DNA of 59,294 nt. Source: Eubacteriales bacterium (GTDB lineage Bacteria > Bacillota > Clostridia > Oscillospirales > CAG-272). The notes under the pieces are model-generated. The model made no database searches. It was not told where the DNA came from and worked only from the letters and a program-made list of their open reading frames with translations. How positions within the stretch are numbered: position 1 is the stretch's first letter; each line of letters opens with the position of its first letter. The DNA is taken from NCBI GenBank assembly GCA_045576795.1, contig JAZNHE010000109.1, positions 1 through 59,294 of the forward strand, given 5' to 3'. The translations under genes and the position numbers were made by a program. Below, piece by piece: positions 1 to 6,683 of the stretch.

Positions 1-486
1 TCGGGTGGCACGTCTTCCGGTGGCAATTCCGAAACAACGGAATATTTCATCGGTAATACCGAAACTAAGGTGTTCCATCTTCCTACGTGCAGTAATTTGC
101 CCGCGGCGTCCAAGCAGAACACGATGTATAACTATTGGTGGATAATTAACATTGCAGGTTATACCCCCTGTGGACGTTGCTTGAAGAATTACAGTGGTGG
201 CAGTAGTAGTGGAGTTACGTATATCGCTAACAAGGAGAGCAAGGTATATCATTTGTCTACTTGTAGTTATCTTCCTGCGGCATCCAAGCAGGAGGTTATC
301 ACAAATACTACCGGCTATACGCCTTGTGGACATTGCTTAAAGAGCACGTCTACCACCTATATTGCTAACAAGGAGAGCAAGGTGTATCACTTATCTACTT
401 GCAGCTATCTTCCTGCGGCATCCAAGCAGGAGGTTATCACAGATACTACCGGCTATACGCCTTGCGGACACTGCTTAAAAGGTTAA
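1..486 (+). CDS. C-terminal part (5'-truncated by window edge) of a protein ending in three tandem Ada-like metal-binding repeats
   Basis: Frame is open from base 1 (SGGTSSGGNSETTEYFIGNTETKVFHLPTC...). There are three copies of Y/F-I-x-N-x-E-S/T-K-V-F/Y-H-L-x-T-C...GYTPCGxC, resembling Ada_Zn_binding-like tails, joined by Ser/Gly/Thr linkers. Confidence 0.8.
   Translation, partial: SGGTSSGGNSETTEYFIGNTETKVFHLPTCSNLPAASKQNTMYNYWWIINIAGYTPCGRCLKNYSGGSSSGVTYIANKESKVYHLSTCSYLPAASKQEVITNTTGYTPCGHCLKSTSTTYIANKESKVYHLSTCSYLPAASKQEVITDTTGYTPCGHCLKG
220..480 (+). repeat. Intragenic direct repeat, two ~123-bp copies (220-342 and 358-480)
   Basis: Near-identical DNA TATATYGCTAACAAGGAGAGCAAGGT...GGACAYTGCTTAAA with a 138-bp period; differences are mostly at third codon positions. 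Confidence 0.9.
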
Positions 487-565
487 ATGTGTAAAAAAAT
501 ACAAAAGGGCGCACACGGGGTGCTTGCGGTAGAGCAATATAAAATTGAATATACCTACCGACAGG

Positions 566-604
566 AAAAGGACGAGAAATTGCTAAAATTTCTCGTCCTT
601 TTTT
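566..604 (+). terminator. Intrinsic terminator after the Ada-repeat gene
   Basis: AAAAGGACGAGAAATT / AATTTCTCGTCCTTTT perfect stem followed by a T-tract. Confidence 0.85.
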
Positions 605-617
605 CTTGTCAAGCACT

Positions 618-858
618 GCTTCTGTGTCCACAGAAGCTATTTTGATTTTGTCGATATGCCGTCGCTTTGTTCGGCTCGATATATTGCCTTGCGGCAAATT
701 CGATATGTTTTCGCTTCGCTCAAACTCGATATGATATAAATCCCGCTCACGAAGTGAGCATATCGAGTGCGGCAGCACATATCGAACGCGTTTGCGTATA
801 TCGAAAATCCGCATTAGCGGATTTATATCGATGCGTGCCTGCTCTATGGCAGGTACGC
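618..858. repeat. Chain of mini-hairpins separated by 4x TCGATAT then 4x ATATCGA (REP-like structured element, unidentified)
   Basis: TCGATAT at 651, 676, 700, 726 and ATATCGA at 760, 779, 798, 825. Every spacer contains a small stem-loop, and extra hairpins flank the array at 618-637 and 833-858. Confidence 0.8.
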
Positions 859-885
859 TACGTTGCGCCCTTTTTGTTATAAAAG

Positions 886-917
886 AAAAGCACTCTGCTA
901 AATTGGCAGAGTGCTTT
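886..917 (-). terminator. Terminator (probably bidirectional) downstream of the MBL hydrolase
   Basis: AAAGCACTCTGC-TAAATTG-GCAGAGTGCTTT with A/T tracts on both sides. Confidence 0.8.
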
Positions 918-961
918 ATAGAAATATCCTGATATCTTTGTACGCTAAGTAAATTAGGCGG

Positions 962-1768
962 TTAGAACTCAACCGCGCAACCGTCATAAGAGACGCACAT
1001 ATCGTATTTTTCCGATATATTTTCGATCAGATGATGTATCGGGTTGCCATTGTGTGAAAAATGATTGGCATATTTCAGCGTTTTTTCATTGACGGCACCT
1101 ATATCGGTGAGGCGCTTTATACAACGCAAAATATTCGGGAATCCCATATGACATTCCTCGTCTGGAATAGTGATATTCACGTAAGTGCAATCCAGGCTGA
1201 TGAGGTCGAATGTAATCTTATTTTTCTCGATATATGAGAACACCTCATCATAGAGATATCCTGTGTCGTGGGCGTAGAGAATAGTCTTATCACCTTGTAT
1301 TATATAGATGAAGGCCTCGCTCTCAAGCATATGTTTTGCAGGGAGCGGTGTGACACGGTATTTTCCTATAGTCACACTCTCAAATGCACGAAGAGGAGAG
1401 AGGTGAATGTTTTCATAGCACGGGATACTCTCCAGTGTTTTAGATGAACCGTACACTGTGAGCGTTGGTGTTTGCATATCGTGTGCATATACACTGTTAC
1501 GAAAAGCCAGCTCTGTGGGATATAGATGGTCAGGATGCGCATGCGTGAGGATAACGTGTGGGATTTTATCGCCCTCGATGCCATTGCTTAGAAAATGCGA
1601 ATAGGTATCTGCAGGTAAGTCAATGAGCAGGTCATCGTTTACAATTGCTTGTGATCTTGTTCTTATGTTTTTACCGCCAAGTCTACGTGCTTCATTACAA
1701 TATGCGCAATGACAGAATACGGCGGGGAATCCTTCAGCGGCTGCAGTGCCAAGATATGTAAGTTTCAT
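962..1768 (-). CDS. MBL-fold metallo-hydrolase, PhnP-like
   Basis: N-terminal LGTAAAEGFPAVFCHCAYC Zn motif, RTRSQ, THAHPDH (HxHxDH), HDTG and NHFSH; GAGAGG RBS. Confidence 0.85.
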   Translation of the reverse strand: MKLTYLGTAAAEGFPAVFCHCAYCNEARRLGGKNIRTRSQAIVNDDLLIDLPADTYSHFLSNGIEGDKIPHVILTHAHPDHLYPTELAFRNSVYAHDMQTPTLTVYGSSKTLESIPCYENIHLSPLRAFESVTIGKYRVTPLPAKHMLESEAFIYIIQGDKTILYAHDTGYLYDEVFSYIEKNKITFDLISLDCTYVNITIPDEECHMGFPNILRCIKRLTDIGAVNEKTLKYANHFSHNGNPIHHLIENISEKYDMCVSYDGCAVEF

Positions 1769-1856
1769 AGGTTTACCTCTCTTTGTATTGGTAATTTAAT
1801 AGTTTATTATGGAAGTCAGACATCTTCACCCTTAGTTGAGTAGATGTCACGTTGTA

Positions 1857-2142
1857 TCACTTCATACCGCCCATAATGCTCATATCCTGAAAGACGAGAT
1901 CAAGGCCGTACTTCTCGCAGGCATCGACCGCTGCCCACGCGCCCTCATAACACGCCCGGCCAAGCTCGGTCATATTAAAGCCTGCTTATTTAAGATAGCG
2001 GATATTTCGGTCAAGCACATCTTTTGGGGTCGCAGTCCACCCTCGGCCCGATAGCCACAAAAGTCGAAAGGGTAAAATCCCTCTGCCGCCAATCGAACCT
2101 CTTGTTGCCGAGAGGGAATCTCTTATATATCGTGTGATTCAT
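1857..2142 (-). pseudogene. Degraded 5' fragment of a GH-like TIM-barrel gene
   Basis: GGAGG RBS and ATG at 2142 (MNHTIYKRFPLGN...DPK). After a one-base frameshift it reads DVLDRNIRYLK*AGFNMTELGRACYEGAWAAVDACEKYGLDLVFQDMSIMGGMK*, with an in-frame TAA where GAA would be expected. Confidence 0.6.
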
Positions 2143-2289
2143 ACTGATCCTCCTTGAAGGATGTCGATTATTTTATCACCGACTATATTATAGCACCGCT
2201 TTTCCGCTTGTTCAATAGAAACTAAAAAAATACTTCAATGAAAAAAGCACTATGCTCAAAAATAACAGAGTGCTTTTGCGTTGTGTCAG

Positions 2290-2425
2290 CAAAACAAAAA
2301 GACACCCTGCATTCTACAGAGTGTCTTATTGTTTTTAATTTATTTCCCTATAGTCATAAGACGTCGTCCGAGGTCAAAAGCTTTTTTTCTTTATCATAAT
2401 TATGCACGTGCGGACTATTATGTAT
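2290..2425 (-). repeat. Copy A of a ~130-bp structured element plus terminator
   Basis: Shares CAGAGTGTCTTWTTGTTTTTAAT, TTTCCCT and GAGGTCAAAAG blocks, in the same order and spacing, with 4245-4378. Confidence 0.7.
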
Positions 2426-2521
2426 TGTAAATATTGAAAGACCTCTTGATAAAACTATTTCATTATGTTAGAATTAAAGTGTAAAATTGCTTTTGCATCA
2501 TTTGCCAAAAGGAGAACTGTT

Positions 2522-3775
2522 ATGCCGTTTGAAATTTTTCCATGGGGTGGTATGCGCCGCCGACACGGTGAGCGCGATGTGGAGACATCACTGCGTGGCA
2601 TCAAGGAATGCGGATTTACGGCATCCTGCTTTATCGAGCCGAAGGATATTCAGCTTTGCCGTGAACTTGGCCTTGATCCCATCGTATTTATCTATACCGA
2701 ACGCGAGGCTCCTGCCGGCACGCACAAGTTTTGGGAGTCAAGCGACGGTAAGCTTAATGCCACCGTCCTGATCCGCGACCGTGATATCACGAAGCAACAG
2801 CTTCAGTCCGAGGTTAAAACCGCACTTTCCGCCCTCGATGACGGACATTGCAAGGTCTATATTGTTGACGAGCCAGGTGCCGCATCCTTTGAACGCATCC
2901 GTTGGTATGCCGATGCTATCAAGGAGGTGCGTCAGGACGTAGAGGCATACGTCAACCTTTTTCCGAACTATGCCATCTGCGGTCAGCCCGATATGTCACA
3001 GCTGGAGGCGGAAACCTATGAGGAGTATCTCGATCGCTATTGCCGCATCCTGCCCGATATCCCTCTTTCTGTTGACAATTATCAGATTATTATGGGTATG
3101 GATAACCAAAAGGAAGAGCATCAGTACGGCTATTACCTCAACCTTATCCAGTGCCGTGAGGCTTGCGACAGGTACGGTGTTGAACTTCACTATGTTCTCA
3201 ACTCCAATCAGCTGCGAAAGTATCTAACCCCCCCTACAATGGAGAATCTGATGCTTCAGGCATTTACCGCCCTTGCGGCGGGATCTCGCTCTATCTCTTG
3301 GTTTACCTATTTCGCGTGGGGTTATTGCTACGCCCCCGTGGATGATAACGGCGAGTGCGATTTGCGTACACCTATATGGTATCTTTTGCGAGAGGTAAAC
3401 CGCCGTGCGCTTTCTATGGGTAATGAGCTGTACCGTATGCAATATCAAGGTATGTATTTTACGGATACACTTGGTATCGCCCGTGCAAAGAACGTTGACT
3501 TCTGTGACAAAATCTCTTCCTTCTCCTCCGATCTGCCGTGTATGATCGGTATGTACGAGGATGATGGCGAGCCGGTTGCCCTTGTTGTCAATATGAGCCT
3601 TGAACACTCCAACCGCATCTCTATTTCCTTCGGTGACGGACAAAATACCGTATGGAATACAGAGTATAATGAATATATTGCACCGATTCTCAATCCCGGT
3701 GATAATTCTGCCGAGTTCAGCCCGCTGTGGCTCGCCCCGGGCGATGCCGTCATCATCTGCCCCAAGAAGGCATAA
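2522..3775 (+). CDS. Hypothetical glycoside-hydrolase-like TIM-barrel protein
   Basis: AGGAGA RBS before ATG 2522. Motifs IKECGF, IVDEP, AYVNLFPNYA, LSVDNY and LAAGSRSISWFTY, plus a beta-rich C-terminal domain. C-ending codons look more frequent than in the core genes. Confidence 0.65.
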   Translation: MPFEIFPWGGMRRRHGERDVETSLRGIKECGFTASCFIEPKDIQLCRELGLDPIVFIYTEREAPAGTHKFWESSDGKLNATVLIRDRDITKQQLQSEVKTALSALDDGHCKVYIVDEPGAASFERIRWYADAIKEVRQDVEAYVNLFPNYAICGQPDMSQLEAETYEEYLDRYCRILPDIPLSVDNYQIIMGMDNQKEEHQYGYYLNLIQCREACDRYGVELHYVLNSNQLRKYLTPPTMENLMLQAFTALAAGSRSISWFTYFAWGYCYAPVDDNGECDLRTPIWYLLREVNRRALSMGNELYRMQYQGMYFTDTLGIARAKNVDFCDKISSFSSDLPCMIGMYEDDGEPVALVVNMSLEHSNRISISFGDGQNTVWNTEYNEYIAPILNPGDNSAEFSPLWLAPGDAVIICPKKA

Positions 3776-3793
3776 CTTCTACAAAAAGGCAAG

Positions 3794-3826
3794 AAAACCC
3801 CGCCCGATTCGTCAGGAGGGGTTTTT
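3794..3826 (+). terminator. Terminator after the GH-like gene
   Basis: AAAACCCC...GGGGTTTTT stem-loop. Confidence 0.7.
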
Positions 3827-4244
3827 AGTTATTTCTCATATTTCTCCCTTTTTTCCTTAAAGCCTTGATTTCGTTTTCCTTTTTGAGGGCAAATTTTCTT
3901 ATTTTGCGTTGAAATCTTCTTTTTTTTGCGGCGAAATCTTCTTTATTCGAATATTTAGAGCAAAACAATATGTTAAACGACAGACCGAATTTCTTCCAAA
4001 ATGACAAAAACTTTTGTCCTCGTTATTGGGCATAGGGGGGCAGGGCAAGGAAGACTTTCGACGGCGTATTTCTACCTATCTATTATATAGTGGGCAGAAG
4101 GCAGAAGAGGTCTTGGGAGTGTGGTCAGTCTTTCTTCCGTCGGTCGTTGGTCTTAAAGGTTCAAAAAGCTAGAGTTTTCAAGGCTTTTCTGGCTTTCGGT
4201 CGGGGCTTCCAGAGGTCTTCGGGCGGCGTCTTCAGGTCCAAAAA

Positions 4245-4378
4245 GCATACAAAAAAGGCACTCTGTCAACGCAGAGTGTCTTTTTGTTTTTAATGTGTTT
4301 TCCCTTGTTATAATACCGCCCTTAGAGGTCAAAAGATTTTGTCTTTTTCGTTCAGAATGCGGCTGTCTTATAACAATA
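4245..4378 (-). repeat. Copy B of the ~130-bp structured element, in the rpsR 3' region and ending in the operon terminator (4251-4285)
   Basis: TTGTTATAA/TTATAACAA closing stem, GAGGTCAAAAG core and GGCACTCTG/CAGAGTGTC terminator with a T-tract on the minus strand. Confidence 0.7.
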
Positions 4379-4386
4379 ATTTATAA

Positions 4387-4638
4387 TTAGTTGGATACGT
4401 AGGGAAGGAGCGCCATCTCACGAGCTCTCTTGATAGCTACGTTGAGCTGTCTCTGATGGAGAGCGCAGGTTCCGGATACGCGTCTGGGAAGGATCTTAGC
4501 TCTCTCGGAAATGAACTTTCTGAGCTTAGCTACGTCCTTGTAATCTATATCATTCACCTTGTCCTGGCAGAAGATACAAACCTTCTTTCTTCTGTGGGTA
4601 GGACGGAAGGAAGAACGAGTGGTTTCGTTTTTTTCCAT
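4387..4638 (-). CDS. rpsR: 30S ribosomal protein S18 (Zn-binding C+ type)
   Basis: RRKKVCIFC...IDYKD...[18 protein letters not shown]...AIKRAR...LLPY. Start moved to ATG 4638, after the GAAAGG RBS. Confidence 0.97.
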   Translation of the reverse strand: MEKNETTRSSFRPTHRRKKVCIFCQDKVNDIDYKDVAKLRKFISERAKILPRRVSGTCALHQRQLNVAIKRAREMALLPYVSN

Positions 4639-4717
4639 TTGTGTCACAAACCTTTCTAACTCACGATTTCTATATTGCATTCGTCACAGTGAGTCGCGTA
4701 ACGAACGGACAACGCCA

Positions 4718-5173
4718 TCAGAAGGGAAGGCTGTCGTCGTTGGGGATTTCCTCAAAACTAGCGCTTGAATCGCTGTTAAAGGAAGGGGTAGAATAAGCCT
4801 CGGGTGTATAAGTGCTTCCACCGGGTACGCCTGCGCCGTTAGTAGCAGGGCCAACGAATGATACTTCATCGGCAATAACCTCGGTAGCGTAGCGCTTCTG
4901 ACCCTGGTTATCTGTCCAGGTTCTTGTCTGCAGCTGTCCGCAAACAAGAATGGGATTACCCTTTTTAAAATAGCGGCTGACAAATTCAGCGCTCTGTCTC
5001 CATGTAACGATGTTAATGAAGTCTACGGTCTGCTGACCTTGTTCAGCACCTCTGCTGAAACGACGATTAACAGCGATAGAGAAAGAACATACTGACGTGC
5101 CGGTTGTTGTCTGTTTAAGCTCAGGATCAGCAGTCATGTTACCAACAAGGATAACCTTATTAAAACTTGCCAT
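4718..5173 (-). CDS. ssb: Single-stranded DNA-binding protein
   Basis: NKVILVGN..DPEL, FSIAVNR, acidic C-terminal DDSLPF; lies between rpsF and rpsR. Confidence 0.97.
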   Translation of the reverse strand: MASFNKVILVGNMTADPELKQTTTGTSVCSFSIAVNRRFSRGAEQGQQTVDFINIVTWRQSAEFVSRYFKKGNPILVCGQLQTRTWTDNQGQKRYATEVIADEVSFVGPATNGAGVPGGSTYTPEAYSTPSFNSDSSASFEEIPNDDSLPF

Positions 5174-5199
5174 ATCTCCGCCTCCAAATTCTATAGTAA

Positions 5200-5565
5200 T
5201 TACGCCTCGGTTGCTTCAACCTCAACGGACTCCTCAACTGCTATCTCTACAGCAGCCTCGGACTTAACTTCCTTCTCAACCTTAGCGAGAGTCATGTTAC
5301 GGATTACACCTTCGGTGATACCGAATACACGAGTAAGCTCGTGAGGGAAGTCGGGTTCGCTCTTAAAGGTAAGAAGTACGTAGTATCCTTCGGTGATGTA
5401 GTTGATAGGATATGCGAGTCTTCTCTTACCCCACTCGTTAACAGTAACATCGGTAGCGTTTTCGTTAACAAGGTTTACAAACTTCTCCTTAACAGCAGTG
5501 TACTCTTCTTCAGTGAAGTTACCGCTGATAGCAAAGAGAGTCTCGTAAGAACAAATCTTTTCCAT
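5200..5565 (-). CDS. rpsF: 30S ribosomal protein S6
   Basis: YETLF...EWGKRRLAYPI...EGYY motif; GGAGG RBS; rpsF-ssb-rpsR synteny. Confidence 0.96.
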   Translation of the reverse strand: MEKICSYETLFAISGNFTEEEYTAVKEKFVNLVNENATDVTVNEWGKRRLAYPINYITEGYYVLLTFKSEPDFPHELTRVFGITEGVIRNMTLAKVEKEVKSEAAVEIAVEESVEVEATEA

Positions 5566-5574
5566 CTGATTTAT

Positions 5575-5617
5575 ACCTCCTTCTGGTCATTAGGCCACCC
5601 CAAATGGTGGCAAGGAG
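5575..5617 (-). promoter_or_regulatory. S6:S18 ribosomal-protein leader (autoregulatory RNA)
   Basis: The minus strand reads CUCCUU-GCCACC-AUUUG-GGGUGGC-CUAAUGA-CCA-G-AAGGAG. The stem sequesters the rpsF SD and a CCR motif sits just before it, as in the known S6:S18 leader. Confidence 0.7.
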
Positions 5618-5645
5618 TCGGGCCCATTGCCCGAACTACCGTGGT

Positions 5646-5674
5646 ATTTTACCATAACTTTGGCAAAATGTCAA
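5646..5674 (-). promoter_or_regulatory. Sigma-A promoter of rpsF-ssb-rpsR
   Basis: TTGACA-17-TAAAAT with extended TG. Confidence 0.8.
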
Positions 5675-5709
5675 GTATTTTAGCGAAAAAAACATAAAAT
5701 ATCTTTGTA

Positions 5710-5738
5710 TTGACTTTATAAAGGTAATGTGTTAGAAT
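5710..5738 (+). promoter_or_regulatory. Sigma-A promoter of ispE (divergent from rpsF)
   Basis: TTGACT-17-TAGAAT with extended TG. Confidence 0.7.
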
Positions 5739-5786
5739 ATAGAAGTGCAAATTTAGGTTTACCGAGTAGAAAAAAAGGGGGGGCTT

Positions 5787-6668
5787 ATGACATCTGTAAA
5801 AGAACTTGCATACGCCAAGATAAATTTATACCTTGACGTTTTGTCAAAGCGTGATGACGGATTTCACGATATTAGGACTGTGATGCATACAGTCTCTCTT
5901 GCAGACGAGGTTACTGTGGATGTTGCACCCTCGGCAAGGCCATCGGTGAAAATAGTAAATTTCAGCAATGTAAAGCTTCCTGTGGATAATCGTAATCTTG
6001 CATACAGAGCTGCAGAGCTTTTTCTTGAGCGCACGATGATACAGGCGACTGTTACTATAACCCTGAAGAAGCATATACCCGTTGCAGGCGGACTCGCAGG
6101 CGGATCGTCGGATGCAGCGGCTACGCTGCGCGCTCTCAACCGTGCTTTTAAGAAGCCCGTTACGGATAAATACCTTTTATCTCTTGCGGCAGAGCTTGGC
6201 AGTGACGTGCCTTATTGTTTGCTTGGCGGTACAGCGCTGTGTGAGGGCAGAGGTGAGCTCATCACCCGCATTTCCACCGCGGTGTCGCTTCATCTTGTCA
6301 TAGTGGCACTTGACGAGCACGTTTCAACCCCTATGGCGTATAGTGCGCTCGATGAGGAATATTCGAATTTCAAATCGCCTCGTAACGATTCTTCAGGTGA
6401 GGCATTCGAGAATTTAATGCAATCGCTAAATAGCCGAAGTATGCCTAAAGGAGAATTGTTTAATATATTTGAAAACGTGATTTTCAAGACTTGTAATAAG
6501 GCAGAAATAGTGAAAAGCAGATTGCTTGAGCTTGGCGCAACCCACGCGCTTATGAGCGGAAGCGGCCCGACGGTATTTGGGATTTTTGAGAGTGACAGTC
6601 AAGCTAAGATGGCGGCTTCAGCACTTACAGCAGATGGAGCGACGGCATATTACGTCCATTCAATATAA
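5787..6668 (+). CDS. ispE: 4-diphosphocytidyl-2-C-methyl-D-erythritol kinase
   Basis: AYAKINLYL, KRDDGFH, IPVAGGLAGGSSDAA, LGSDVP, MSGSGPTVFG. Confidence 0.96.
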   Translation: MTSVKELAYAKINLYLDVLSKRDDGFHDIRTVMHTVSLADEVTVDVAPSARPSVKIVNFSNVKLPVDNRNLAYRAAELFLERTMIQATVTITLKKHIPVAGGLAGGSSDAAATLRALNRAFKKPVTDKYLLSLAAELGSDVPYCLLGGTALCEGRGELITRISTAVSLHLVIVALDEHVSTPMAYSALDEEYSNFKSPRNDSSGEAFENLMQSLNSRSMPKGELFNIFENVIFKTCNKAEIVKSRLLELGATHALMSGSGPTVFGIFESDSQAKMAASALTADGATAYYVHSI

Positions 6669-6683
6669 CTTCAGTGAGGGAAA

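Noticed and set aside
651-831. CRISPR array interpretation of the TCGATAT repeats
   Set aside because: The repeat is only 7-8 bp, spacers are 11-26 bp and self-complementary, orientation flips midway, and there are no cas genes.
446-882. ORFs 446-814 (-) and 667-882 (+)
   Set aside because: No RBS or recognisable motifs; they run across the hairpin element, and the minus-strand one also crosses a terminator.
3825-4293. ORFs 3825-4007 (-) and 4090-4293 (+)
   Set aside because: Low-complexity K/F/R-rich translations of A/T tracts, with no RBS at the predicted starts.
4321-4378. Hammerhead ribozyme in the rpsR trailer (minus-strand CTGAACGA...)
   Set aside because: It does not match the CUGANGA core, the three-stem arrangement is missing, and the motif is absent from copy A.
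886-4386. Classical integron cassette array
   Set aside because: No integron integrase in the window, no RYYYAAC/GTTRRRY attC boxes, and cargo genes lie on both strands.
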